Positions 23,821-37,502 of a stretch of DNA of 64,000 nt are shown here, in pieces. Position 1 is the first letter of the stretch. Each line of letters begins with the position of its first letter. This DNA is from Callorhinchus milii. Taxonomy: Eukaryota. The DNA lies in the NCBI RefSeq assembly GCF_018977255.1, contig NW_024704752.1, forward strand, positions 12,648,001 to 12,712,000, written 5' to 3'. The notes beneath the pieces are model-generated. The model was not told the origin of the DNA, ran no database searches, and saw only the letters and a list, made by a program, of their open reading frames with translations. The translations under genes and the position numbers were made by a program.

Positions 23821-24496
23821 GATAAAAGGGAAAAAAATTCAAATTAAATTTTATTTTATCCACTATTACTGTAAATGTTTAGTGCGACAAATTGAAGATC
23901 ATATGTAATGTCCCAGAGAATTCCTCATCTTGTACTGTGGGAAAGCATCAAGCCACGATGAAAGGAATATGGAATTAGAGTGTGGGAGAATGGTTTGAGT
24001 GGTTTCTTATGGTAAAAGTTCAAAGTTTCTACTTTGTAACACTGTTTATGCTGTCAATGAAATCCAAAGAGTACATCACATTAAAGCAGCATTTCAAATG
24101 TAATCTCCTGATCTGTTAATTTTTATCTTGATCATTTTCCTGCTGTTGAAAACTGTTCTTTTATTCCTGTATCAATGTCAAAGAACACTTTTGAAAATCA
24201 AGCCATTTTGAATGTTATCAACATTGTGTTTTGAATTGGCTGATTTTTGTTTGGTTCAGGCTTTTTTTACATTCTCATCTCCAAGTGACTGCTAGGGGTT
24301 GCTTGTCTGACTGGCCATCAGCCCCCATTGGCTTAGTCAACCACTCAAAAATCATGCACATCTTCTTTCTTTATTAGGCAAAGTCATTTTAGAAAGAAAA
24401 TGGGATTGGCATCCACCAGTTTGTGGATAATTCCAGTTTATGTATCACTAGCAGCATAACATTTCAGCACAGCAATTTCCAGATGTGGATGAAAAA

Positions 24497-24950
24497 GCAA
24501 CAACAAACAAATGACATTTGTAAAGCGCCTTCCCCACCGGGAGGACATCCCAAGGCACTGAACAGTCAGGGATCCGGACACGAGCAGGGTTGGGATGAGG
24601 GAGGGCAGAGAGTTAAGAGGGCGGCCGAAGGCACAGTCAATGTTGCAGAGGTGGCGGATGGCAGAACGGGTCATGGTACGGATATGGGGGAGAAAGGACA
24701 GCTGAGGGTCGAACAAGTTGCCCAGGTTTCTGACTGGCTTGGTGAGGTTGAGTGTGCATCCGTGGATGTTGATACTGCCAGTGTCTGAGGGCCTCGGTCT
24801 TGCTGGCATTCAGCTGTAGAAAGTTGGCTCTCATCCAGGACTTGATGTCTGACAGACAGTCTGTCAGGATGTCAGTTGTCCTGAAATCAAGGATGGAGAC
24901 AGAGAAATAGAGTTGGGTGTCATCCGCGTACATGTGGAAGTTGACCCCAG
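24497..24950 (-). mobile_element. Internally deleted L2 LINE relic (RT YADD region joined to the 3' tail)
   Basis: FHMYADDTQLY...CLSDIKSWMRANFLQLNASKTE followed directly by tail sequence. Confidence 0.88.
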
Positions 24951-25924
24951 GTCTGCAGGTAACCAGGAAGCAGCCAGGGTCCTGAGTCAAACCCTTTATT
25001 GCCATGACTGGATCTTATATGCTAAATGAGAACCACAAGACTTTGCCATTTGACTGGTAGAACCAGGACAGTCAAGTCATATTACTCGACATGTATGACA
25101 ACACACATATATTAAGTCATATATGTCATGTATTAAGTCTGCAGATAGAATTGATTTCCACATGGAGACTAAGAACATCTTAAGCATTTTGAGTATTGTT
25201 TGCATTTTTTGAATATGGTTAACATAAATGACCTCCTACCTTTTCTATCCATAATTTAGAGTCCTTGAAGTTTTCACTGGTTGGCCTTGCTGTGTGTACA
25301 TTTTCCTGTGGCTTCCTTTACATCTGAGGTATAATTGTATTTTTGTCAATATTTTCCCAACATTGTGGCCCAAGGACAGGTTGCAGTCAAATCTCTGTAT
25401 ACATTCACTCGATGGCCTAATGTGTAAAGGTATTGCACTGTGTAAAACTATGCCTTACAGAAAATAAAGGTGCAGTCACAAATAAGTTTGTTAATTTAGT
25501 TGATACCAGCTGGGGCACCAGTTGGATTCTTAACTGGCATCAATCCACTTGGGTTGAGAGGGTAAAATCTAGAGGTTTTGCTCCCAATTGCCTATAAAGA
25601 GCCCCAATGAAGTTTCGTGAGGGATATCTGGTGAGCACAGGATCGGCTTAACTATAATATCCTTCCCAGAGTTGAAATAGACTGCCAAAACTCACAAATG
25701 AAGCTCACGTGTGATCCTTAGCCACTTTAGATGATGAACTGGAGGGTGACTTGTACCATGGAATCATATTCCAATAGGAGAAGTGAGTCAAACACGACCA
25801 GAATTGGAAAGGGGAAAATTAGCGCAAAATAAACTGGATAATTTTTGCATGGGTTTTTCTTCTAGATTGCTACATTTTGTATCTCACATGAGGATGTCTT
25901 TTACTTGACCATAAGATAGGCCGA

Positions 25925-26765
25925 CCTCCCTCTCCATATATCCCCCCTCTCTCCATATTTCTCCCTTTCTCTCTGCCCCCTTTCTAAATACCTCTCACTC
26001 CCTACTTTATCTTTCTCTGTCCTCCTCTCTCCTGCACTCTCTCCTCTCCCTTTTCTTCTCCACCCCTCTCAATTTCTCCTCACACTCCCCCTTATCTCTC
26101 CTCTGTCTACTTACTCTCCTCCCTCTCCTTTCTGTTTTCCCCCTTTGCTCTCCAGCAATTCTCCCACACACCCATTACCATTCTCTCCTCTTTCTGTCTC
26201 ACCCCCCCCCCCCCTCTTGCTTTGCCCCTCTCCTCTCTGCCCCCAACATTCCTCAATTGTTTCTCTCCCTTCTCCCTCTACCCCCCATCACCTCTTTATG
26301 CTTTCATTTCCCCCTCATCCCCTTTCTCTACAATCCCCTTCTCCCTCATCCCTTCTCTACAATCCCCTTCTCCTCCCTCATCCCCTTTCTCTACAATCCC
26401 CTTCCCCCCTCATCCCCTTCACTCATCCCTTCCCCCCCATCCCTCTTCCCCCCCACCTCATCCCTCTTCCCCCCCCACCTCATCCCTCTTCCTCATCCCC
26501 CTCATCCCTCCTTCCTCCCCATCCCTCTCCCCCCTCCTCATCCGCATATCCCTCTCATCCACCTTTCTCCCTCATCCCTCGTACCCGCCCTCCCCGTCGT
26601 CCACCTCACCTCTCCCCTCCCCCCCTTTACCCTTCTCTCATTAACCTCATCCCTTTCTCCTCTCTCTCTCTCTCTCTCTCTGTCTCCCACCACCTCATCC
26701 CTTCTCTCCCTCTTCCACTCTGATTCCGCTCCCCCCCCCCCCCCCCCCCCCCCGCCCCCCTCCGC
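25925..26765. repeat. Long polypyrimidine/polypurine (C/T) low-complexity tract with internal degenerate repeats and (CT)n
   Basis: Almost purely C/T on the + strand; the unit cctcatccc(ct)ttctctacaatcccctt is repeated at ~26312-26405. Confidence 0.9.
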
Positions 26766-26779
26766 CTGTGTGTGTCTCT

Positions 26780-27617
26780 GACGTGTGAGCGGGTGATTGG
26801 CGGGCGGGGGGCGGGGGCCTGGGCCGGGCCTGCCTCTCGCTATAAGCCGGCGGCCGCCGTGTGATCCCCATCACATTGGAGTTCAGGAGCTTCTCCACCA
26901 GAGAGGGCTACAAGGACACCACCAACCCGTGAGTACCCAGGACCCGGGGAGGCAGGGGCTCGGAGCCGGCGACTGGGCCTCTCAGCGAGGACGGGGGAGG
27001 AGGGAGGAGGAGAGAGAGAGAGAGAGAGGAAAAAAAAAATATATATATGGACGCGAGTGAGTCCGACCGCGTCTGAGAGAACGGCGGCGACCAGAGAAAA
27101 AGGCGGCGGCGGCGAATATTATTTCCTCCCGTCCTCGGGGAGGTGTGAGGCGCGGGCGGACGGGCGGACGTGAAGCCGGTTGTGCAGCGGTTGGTGGAGG
27201 GCCGACGGCGGCGACGGCGGCGGCGGTGACAGCCCGGGCGGCGTGTTTTACCCCCCGGGTCGGCCGGTCAGTCAGTCAGTCGGTCGGTCAGTCGGTCGGG
27301 CCTCGGCTTGGGCCTGGTCGGTGGTGTGGAAGTGGCCCGGAGCCGGGGGCTGGTAGTGGAGGCGCTGCCGGGCTCGGGGTGGGGTGGGGTGGGGTTGGGG
27401 TGGATGGTGGGGGGTGGGGAAGGCCGCTCAGACATGAGCCGTTTTTTTTTGATTTTTTACCCCCCCCCCGAGCGCCGCCGCCGCCGTCGGGTCCGGCGCT
27501 ACGTGTCACCATTACGGCTGCGCACAAACTCTTCCCAAAGTTTTTTTTTCCCCCTCAAAGTTTGTCCAAAAGCTTTCGAAGTTTCCCCCGAAACAAACCT
27601 TCTGAAAGAGGGCCGAG
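26780..27617 (+). promoter_or_regulatory. CpG island / HDLBP promoter; candidate first exon ~26870-26928
   Basis: GC boxes (GGGGCGGGG ~26807), TATA-like TATAAG at 26841, donor CAACCC|gtgagt at 26929; CpG-rich up to the assembly gap. Confidence 0.7.
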
Positions 27618-27974
27618 NNNNNNNNNNNNNNNNNNNNNNNNNNNNNNNNNNNNNNNNNNNNNNNNNNNNNNNNNNNNNNNNNNNNNNNNNNNNNNNNNNN
27701 NNNNNNNNNNNNNNNNNNNNNNNNNNNNNNNNNNNNNNNNNNNNNNNNNNNNNNNNNNNNNNNNNNNNNNNNNNNNNNNNNNNNNNNNNNNNNNNNNNNN
27801 NNNNNNNNNNNNNNNNNNNNNNNNNNNNNNNNNNNNNNNNNNNNNNNNNNNNNNNNNNNNNNNNNNNNNNNNNNNNNNNNNNNNNNNNNNNNNNNNNNNN
27901 NNNNNNNNNNNNNNNNNNNNNNNNNNNNNNNNNNNNNNNNNNNNNNNNNNNNNNNNNNNNNNNNNNNNNNNNNN
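27618..27974. other. Assembly gap (357 N)
   Basis: Run of N. Confidence 1.
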
Positions 27975-28400
27975 CCCCCCCACACACCACACACCCCCCC
28001 CACACACACACACACCCCACACACACAACCACCCCCCACACAACCCCCCACCCCCACACGCACCCCCCCACACTCACACCCCACACACAACCCCCCCACC
28101 CCCCACACAGAACCCCCCACACCCCCCCCACACACACACACAACCACCCCACACACAACCCCCCACTCCCCCACACCCCCCCACACACACCACTCACACA
28201 CAACCCCCACACATACACACCCCACAAACAACCCCCTCACCCCCCACACCCACACACAACCCCCCACCCCCCCAGCCCCCCCACCCACAGCCACCCCACA
28301 CACAGCACCCACACACCACACCCCCCCCCACACATACACAGCCCCCCCACACACACAACATCCCCCCCACCCCCACACAACCGCCCCCCACCCCCCCGCT
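27975..28400. repeat. C/A-rich low-complexity tract flanking the gap
   Basis: Degenerate (CA)n/(CCCCA)n; possibly low-quality sequence. Confidence 0.85.
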
Positions 28401-31400
28401 TCCTCTCTTTCTCACCCCCACACACATTTCTTTTAAAAAAAACTTTTCTCCCCCCTCCCCTCCCTGTGTCCCTTTCTTCTCCCACCCCCCGCCCCCCCCG
28501 CCCGCCATCCACGAATGGATTGATTATGCAACGAGTAAGAGTTTGCTACGTGGAATAAACTGGAGGAGATCTGCCGAAGTGTGCGGCCAACACACACTCT
28601 CTCTCTCTCTCTCTCTCCCCCTCTCTCACTCTGCTCTTGTCTATTAAATTCCAATTCTTCCCATTTTCTACCCACCCATTTTATTTTTGCTGTACGATTT
28701 TTTTTCCAACACCCCCCCCCCCCCCTCCCCTCCCCTCCTTTCCCTCCCTCTCTCCCACACACACACACACACACTTACTTTTTACCTTCCCCCCTCCCAT
28801 CAAACCCGGTGAGTTTTATTTTATTTTCCATGGTGTTTTCTCCTCCTCTCTCCCCCCCCCCCCTACACCCCCACCCCGTCTGCCTTTCTCTCTCTCTCTC
28901 TCCCTCTCCTCACACACACACACACACACACCACCATCACACACACAAATACAGATTTTTTTCCCCCAATCCGCTGTCTGGTGACGTTGTCAGTTTCTGA
29001 AGCTCCACGCGGACATGCCTTAAAATGCAGAAAAGATTTTATTTATTTTTCTCTCTCTCTCTCTCTCTCTCTCTCCCCATTACTTTTTTTTCTCTAACCC
29101 ACGCGTTGGTGGTGGGTGGGTGGTGGGGGGATTCGATCCCCTGACAACTGCCTGGTAATTGCAGTGAGTGTGTATGTGTGTGTGGCGATGTCCATTAAGA
29201 GAGCGCAACAGTTGCTGAGTTGGCACAGGCTGTCACTCGCCCTTTGCTCCATTTGAAGTTGGTTTTAATAGAGTGCAGTTCTTATTCGATGCGTGTTCCT
29301 GCTTTTTTTTTAAACAAAAAAAATTAAATTACATTTTTTTTATGTTTTTAAAAAAAACACACACACACACACAGTTGGAAATATAGGCGGAAACCGTAGA
29401 GAAGGAAGGCTTGGGGGTTTTTTTTTATTCAAAAGGGACCCTGTGTCGATTGCGATCTGTCACTTGCAGAGTAATCTGGATTTGTTTAAGCAGAGGTCAC
29501 TAATGTAATGCATACGTGGGACCATCATGCACTTTCCGAAAAAAAATGATCGTGCACGTATTGCTGTACTTTTTTTTTAAAAAACAAAAATAAGCCTGAC
29601 CAACTGATCGGGCGTAATGCAATTCCTACCGGAAGATTAATAGTGATCTATTCCCTTTCCGACCCTACCAATTTTTTTTTTAAAAAAGGCATTGAACTGG
29701 GGATTTGGTACTTGTATCGGTTGCGCAGTGGAGCGTGGAGTTGAACACGAGCAGGTGGCGCTTGATTGTGTATCAACATTTTTTTCGCAATTAATTGATT
29801 TCTTGTATGATTGCATTTTGACATACTGTCAGGGTGAGAGGTTGAGTAGGTGAGCAGTGCCTTCATAGCACCCATTCTCGTGATGTGCAAGATGAATGAT
29901 CTAGATGTGGTCAAAGCGTGTTCCGTAATGCTTATTCTGGGAATTGCTCTTAGATATTAGTTCAGGATTTATTGATATAAGGAGGGAATATACACGGAAT
30001 ACTATGGAAGTGTTTCTTAGCCACAGTGTTTGCCACCTTATCCGTGAAGTAAGTTTGCCATGTTTTGTAGTAAATATCCTTGCCAGACAAAAGAAACCTG
30101 TTAGATGAGTGCATAAAAAGGCAGTGGCTTAAATGGTTCAACAATTTAATGTTGTGTTGGATTCTAAACATGAGAAGCAGTTGTAAAGTTGCATTGGAAG
30201 GTATTATCACTTGGTCCTGAAGTAATTTTCAATCTGGTTTCTCACTTGCCGGCTTGTGAAACGTTTTCTCATGAGAATTGTGCACCTTTAAGAGTAATTA
30301 CCCTCGAGATCAACAGCAATATTCCTCTTTGAGCAAAGTTCAGTTTATCAAAAACCATATGCAAGTTCTTTTAACTGAATATTATCTTATAGTTGAACCA
30401 TACAGATAATATCTTCGGACATTACAATTAGCCTCTATGTCTAGGTCAGAGAGGTGAAAGTCAGACCAAGTTCGACTGATTGGTTTTCAGAGACTCCTTT
30501 GCAGGTGTAAGAACAAGATCAGCCTCAGGAGGCAGTTTGGCTGCATCAAATGTTTCTGGCACTTACTGTCAGCTCACTCTGAATCAAATCACTATGTGGT
30601 GAATTACTGAAGGATGCCTGTGGGAATGTACCCCTGTAGAAAGAAGGAATTTAGTGCATTTGGGGGGGCTGGGGGGAATAAAAATTACTGTTACACAACT
30701 GCTTCTCCACTGCCTGATTCCTTTCCTTCAGAAACGCTTTCCTCCTGGAGTGGGGGTTTTAAATTGCACTGGATCTGTGGAAACAAAAGAGCACATGGAA
30801 ACTAGAAGATATTTAGTGAAAATGCCTTTGATTAGTTTTAAAACGAAGGAAAATTATGAAGACGTTACAACCTCTTTCAAAATCATTTCAGCAGTTTGCC
30901 TTGAGATCTCAAGTCAAAACAATGTTCCCTTTTAAAGGGACGCTGGAATGTTTTTATATGTTAATTATTCAAGTTGGTTCCCAGGACTGCTCCTGTGCTT
31001 CAATGTCTTTAAGACAGGATCTCAAAGGTGAATTGCGCACCTTTGGTTGAAGGAATGTGCGTCATGTGAGACGCAGACAAGTCTGTCAAATTGGCCATTT
31101 TAACAATGTAGGTACAGTAGCATTGAATTGGAAACAAATCCTATGAGCTGCTGCCTTAGGAGAAGAGGGGTTGTTGGCCAATCAAGGAACAACAGCAGTT
31201 GTGGCTGAATATTGAGAAATGCGCTCCAGGTACAGGTCATAAACTAAAAGTGGCCTCTGTAGGAACTGCAAAATAAATAAATTGAATCAAATGTATATAA
31301 AACTGCATGAAGGTGAATGCTTTGAACAGCATCTGCAATTGTTCTGGATGAAGCTCAAAGCTGGAATCCAATGATTGTTCGGGGTTGATGGAAGCTCGTC

Positions 31401-34400
31401 TCTCCCTAACAGGAGGTCAGCAAATCTGATCAGCTGCTGCCTAACATTAAAGAAATGGTGTGTTGCAGTTCAATGGTATATAATCGTGAATGTCCTGGAG
31501 TGCTTCCTTGCGCTGCTTTATTTAGGGTGTGACTTCCTTACTCATTGATCTATATTGTGTCTTCTTGCTGTCGATGGATAAACAAATTTCTGCAGGTAGT
31601 AAATACACCAAATACCATGGGATGATTTATTGGTTTTCAGTCTTCCCTTCTGTGAAGTGACTTGTGCAATGGATGGTGAACCACAAACTACAGGTTCCTT
31701 GGTATAATGCTTTAGGATTCTGAACAACCTGATCTGTTGGAATTTTTTAAGTAAGCGCAGAGTGACTGAGTTGCTTGCAAATCTTGGCTGCTAAGGTGCT
31801 GTTTAAGCCGGGTAAAGTTGTGGAATCTGCTGTGCATTTCCCTCCCTGTTGAACTTTTGGGTAATTGAATTTTGATTTCCAGCAACTCGCATTGAATTGG
31901 TTCAATTAGGAATGATTTTCCTGTTCTCTCTGGATAGTTGTTCCACAGGAGCATTTTATTCATCTGTGATTACATCAATAAAGTATGTTGAAAGGACAAC
32001 ATTACGTGGCTGCGTGGTTGCCACGTTTTTAAACTTCCTGCCAAAATACCAGTTAAACTAATCAGTATGTTCCTTCTACTGCAGGTTTCAATAGCATTGC
32101 TGGAGCAGACCATTCCTATCCTGGTCGTTGCGCTTTCTATCACCACTGGAACATTTAACCTGGGCCTTTATTTTGCAGATTCTGGCTTACTTCCAGATGA
32201 TTTCCCCTTCCATTTCCCCCTGCTTCAGAAACCTGTCCAGCTCTTTCTTGTAATTATTCGAATGCTGCAGCACTGACCGTGTGGTTCCACTTCATTATTT
32301 AACTCAAGATAGGTATTTATTTAGTAAGTTGTTCTTCCTGCTCGATTTTTCTTTTTCAGTGGAACAAGTAGTTTGTTTCCACTTTTATAAACTTTCTGAG
32401 ATTTGCATTCTCAAAGTTGTGTTGGGAGTAAATTAAATATTATAAAAATTAGCACTTATTTCAGTTTAACTTTTTTTGTTCCCATCTTTGTGTGGGATGT
32501 TAACATTCAAAACCCAAATGTCATTTTATTCTCTGGCTTCACACTTGCAGTGTGGTGAAGCTCAGATTGAGAGTCCCATCTTTTCATGTTTGTCATTACA
32601 AAAGTGCTTTTTAAAATAAAATTGTTTAGTTGGGAAAACGAGCAGTGACACATGTTTACACACCTTTGAACAAACGAGCTTAGCACTGTAGTGAAGCCCA
32701 ACTCTATGCTTTTGCTCTAGTGGCAGTTCTATGGTGAGGGCATGTCTAAATCCAGTTTATATTTACAAACAACTAAGTTTAACCTTACAACCTTTTGAAT
32801 TTTTTTCTCATAGCAAAAGCCATCTTATTTCCTTTGTAGAATGGAGGTACACGTGCCACTCCTGTTCAGCTGTACCATCTGCTGCTTTTCTCTCTTTCAG
32901 TCCCATTTTAGATATTTAAAATAACATTTACAGCTGTTAATGCCAGAACAGTGCTAATCAAAACCAACCAATGCATGGATGGAATGCAAAGTTCTCAAAA
33001 TCCAATTTTAAGCTGCATGTTGTACGCAAATATTTTTGCCCCTCCTTTCTGGAAACCCTAGAATTGTAGTTGTGATAGTGTGTAGTTCTATGGATATCAA
33101 ACATTCTCATAACTTGCTCAAGGAGCAATTCTTTATCCGAGGCTGGATATTGAGTGCTTGACCTGAGCGAGAAGTGGATATCAAACTACAGACTCGCCCT
33201 TTACAGCAGTAGTCACTAAATGGTGATCTGTAGGAGGAACTCTGACAGCTCTTGCCTACCCCCCCCCTCCCAAGACCACCACCCACCCGTTCCTTAGCCC
33301 AGGCAATTAACCAATTAGTACCTCCGACTGCTGACCAACTGAGATCAGCTAACTTACAAATTGGATCAGAACTGGTCTCCTGGGTTTGTATGGCAGTTTA
33401 ATTCTAGGCAATGGCGTTCACCAGTCGAGATAGCAAGCAGACAATTGCAGCCTTGTAATGAATCCTTTCAGGTCTGATGTTCTCAGGCTTTAAAAGAAAA
33501 CATCCTGCCTGTCAAAAGATGATTACAATTGGACTGCATAACACCAGACCAGACGTGCTATACTTGAATACTCCATTTGGCGTTCAACTCAGCAGTGAAG
33601 TACAGTGGATTCTCAAATCGATGCAAACCGAATGAAACTCCTTCCTGTCCCATGAAGCACTTGGAGACGTATAAAATGTTGTGGTGGTGGTCACTCGTTG
33701 CATAGGATTCAAATGAACCAAACAGACCCTCATTTGTATTGAATTCCTGATCCCAATATAAAATGTTTGTAATTGTCACAATAAATATAATTTGATGCGC
33801 ATTGAAGCTTTAGAGACAGCAGATGATATTTGAAAGTCTGGTTATTGGTATACAGTAATTCATATCAAGGTTTGATTTAAATGTGGTTCAGCACATGCTC
33901 CATGGAACAAAGATTTATAACTAAGCTTTTTTTCCCCCTAGAGATCTTGTACAAATCCTCATCTTGGTGTAGCAACCGTATTGATGTACTTCTCGGGACT
34001 GGAGTGTTTCAGTGAAGGGAAGAGAAGTCTTGCTAAATCTGCTGCTGTATTGTGGCTTATAAAGGGAGTTCCACATGTCTCATCTTCATTGGAGTAAGGG
34101 TTACTATGACCTTCATTTCAGTGGCGCACTTTTGTAAAATGTCCCTGTATAAAGAAACTTTTTTTTACTATTGGTTGACAAACCATGTCAGACCAATTTT
34201 GGAAGGGCAGGTCAGGTTTAATGCTGCCACAAGTGAGCTATGACTTTGCTTGAGCAGCCATTACAATGTGAATACACGGTGAGAAAGTTCCCAACCGTTG
34301 ATCTGCTTTTGTACACAAAGTTCTTGAGTAACTTGCTGAGTTGGCAGCAGGTTGAGGCTCGAGATCGATCGGCATTGACCTTGGAGCTCTTGTTCATACA

Positions 34401-37224
34401 GCCAGTATATTTTATAGTGTAGATGCTGGGAAATATGAGTACCGGACTGACCAATGCTCATAATCTGATTTCTGCTGGCACTGGGAATGTACCAATACTG
34501 AACTTGGGAATTGTACTAAGATGCTACCCAATAGTGGACAAAATAAAAACTCTGTGCAGAGTAGGTGACACACCAAGGCATTGGGATTATTCAACATGCT
34601 GTTGGATTGCAGTTTGGGGAAGATTTCGTACTTGGTTTACAGCGGATGTCTGATTGACTTCCTTCCAATTCAGGTCTGCCCCTGAGCAGACCTGCACTGT
34701 TTCTGGGTCTCTATTCATGGCCTCTCCAGCTAGTAAATACTGTAGTCTTAAGCAGGCTTGTTTAGCAAGTAAAACTGATGAGGACTCTTGGGTACAACCT
34801 GTCCCATCACCGGTGCAGGGTTTTGTGTGGCATTCATGACGATAGTCCTCACGTAGGATATTGGTTGGGATTGTTACCCTTGACAGAAGATGGTGAGTAA
34901 ACATTAATGAGCTTCAATGGGTGCATGATCTCTTCTCATCCCTTATCTTCCTGTGATATGAACACATTGCAGTCTAGCGCTAGCAACCACTACACTTGTA
35001 TGAGGGGGTACATGTAAACCTCACAAACAGCAGCAATTATTTCCCAGTGTGATTTGCTGATATCTCACTTGCCACTAAAAGTTTTTAACTATTTGCTACA
35101 GGATCTGGCAGGTTTTTTAATGTAAATTCAACGAACCTTGAACTGGATTTTCGGAGTAGGCCATTGCAGAAATTTTGCTGCAGCTATTGTTATAATAGCC
35201 CTACTGTCACTTTAAACAATAGCATCAAGTGTTCATAATTAAAGATTATCCTCAGTCAGTGTTGTCATTTCCAAACACAAATGTCTGATTTTTAAAATTG
35301 CTCTGAATTTTGATACCAAACTTGCCTTCCCACATGACCCAGCTGCTATTTCTGTTCCTTGTTGGGAGGGATGTTGAGAATTAAGGATGTGCTGCCTTAA
35401 TCACTTACAAGGAGCAATAGCAGTAATTTTTAACCAGAAATTAGTTCTGTCCATTGTGCAAATGGCAATGACATAGGAAGTGCATGTGCTGATAGATCAG
35501 AACACGTTCGCTCTCTGCATTTGTCACTTGTTCGGCACATCTTGTGCTTCAGAAAGTAAGTGGGTGCTTTATATTTGGGGAAAACAATGCAACGTGGATA
35601 TTTTACCTACAGTGCAGGACTGATCTTATTCTGAGAGGTGAGTGGAAGCTTTGGAGGGTAAATTAGTTGCTATAATTGGATGGTTACAAAGAGCATTGGC
35701 AGAACCAGGTATTATATGTCCTAATAATTAGCAAATGGGCTAATGCAGGGAAGGAAATAACCTGATGAAATTGAAGTGGGAGATTCACTGAATTGCAGTT
35801 TCAAGTGCAGAAAATATTCTTAGAAGTGAGTTTCAACTTGAAAATCTTGTTAAAAATAGAGAATGTAATTTAATGCTCCACCTTGGGGTCCAAAGAACAT
35901 GTTGTGAAGAAGCTTAAGGCTGAACACATGGAATTGCTTCATCTGAGAGGAAAGATTATTTGCTGTGAAACTGGAGTTAATGTATACCTGGCAGAAAAAG
36001 ATACAGAATTTGTGTAGCATTGTCTCTGTCTTTCAAGGTGGGCAGGGGGAATGTGTTCTACTATTCTTGAGCAGACACCAGCAAGTTGCTTTCTGTTCAG
36101 ATGTTTATTGAAGCATGAGGAGCTCATCCTTCCCAGTACTGTGCCAGAAGTATTCTTATTTAGTACATATTTCAACCTGAAAATTAATCCTTGGACTGCA
36201 TCCGAGTTTGATCTGTGCCCCAAGGAGGGATTGAAAAATTAAATCCAATCCATACAATGTATAATGAGGAGAGGTGGAGTTGGAAATCTGTACGAGTGTT
36301 GGGAATCTCCTTGTCTGTTGTGGGGAGGTTTGATTACAAGATGTCTGAGCAAATGTAGGTCTGGATTCATTTGTTTTAAGTAGAAGAGGTGTTTGCTCTG
36401 GTAATCTGCACTGTGACAGGATTTATCCTATGTGAAAATAGATTAGGCCTTGGTACACACAGACGTGCACACCAGATATTGGCAAAACATTGCCTCCCCA
36501 TTCTCCTTACCCCCACTACAATCCTAGCACATGTGTTTTGTATAGTTGGGTGCTACTCCCTAAACTAGAGGAGGAAATCTGCATTCATTTGTCTTCTCAT
36601 TGATACTCAGTGCTTTACAGTAATTTAAGTGCACCCTTCAAGGTCCTACAAACACCCATAAGGTGAATGGCTAACTTTTATCGGGGGATTGTTGGCCAGG
36701 GGGGTGGGAAGAAACTCGCTTCTCTTCAAATATTACCCCTTTAAAGTCATCCTGAACGGTTTTGTCAGTTTAACATCTTATCCAAAGGACAGCACCTCTT
36801 CACAATACACTAATTCCCCCATTGAGTCACGGAGCACGTACAATTAGCCGTAGGTAGCTTTCCGCCTGGGACCTGGTGGTATTTTTAGTGCCGTTTTGCT
36901 GCAGGTTCTAGTATAAATGGGTCCCACAAGTTCCAATTCTCACCTGTTTGCCGCTCCAATACTGTACAGCTGAACAAACAGTAAAATTACTGCCTCCTTC
37001 CCCAACACTCTTTTTGATTGGAGCAATATTTGTGCAAAGCTAGAATTTGCTTAAGTAGTTGATCATGAGGAAATAATTCGGGGAAATCAACAGCAGAGTC
37101 CAGGTACAAGTCATTTGCTGCCCGCTCTTGCGAAATGACCCAGCAAATGCATCAATGGGAGTTCAGCGACATAAAATCTCATTGTAGAGTAAAACAAATA
37201 CCCAGCAGTATTTTCAAGATTATA

Positions 37225-37502
37225 ACAACAACAACAACAAGATTCCATTTATAAAGCGCCTTTCACGTCAGGAGGACTTCCCAAGGCGCTGCACAGTTGG
37301 GTCATGACCCGAGCAGGGGGGAAATGGTCAGGGTGAGGGGAGGGAAGGGAGGGAGCGAGGAGGGGGGAAATGGTCAGGGGGAGGGAAGGGAGGGAGCAAG
37401 GAGGGGGAAATGGTCAGGGTGAGGGGAGGGAAGGGAGGGAGCGAGGAGGGGGAAGAGAGTCGAGAGGGGAGCTGAAGGCACGGTCAAAGAGAAAAAGGTC
37501 TT
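37225..37502 (-). mobile_element. L2 3' tail with an internal triplication
   Basis: Homologous to 23257-23440; the unit gggggaaatggtcaggg...gagggaagggagggagcgagga occurs three times at ~37316-37450. Confidence 0.85.

Noticed and set aside
26145-26781. Pro/Ser/Leu-rich ORFs in all three + frames
   Set aside because: Artefact of the polypyrimidine tract, which lacks stop codons.
27145-28647. Long ORFs (500 aa, 416 aa and others) around the gap
   Set aside because: They run through 357 N and stop-free low-complexity C/A sequence, giving P/H/T or G/V/C runs with no domain.
35490-35645. Extra HDLBP 5'UTR cassette exons (donor-like gtaagt ~35556, gtgagt ~35638)
   Set aside because: No convincing matching acceptor or other support; such hexamers occur by chance in long introns.
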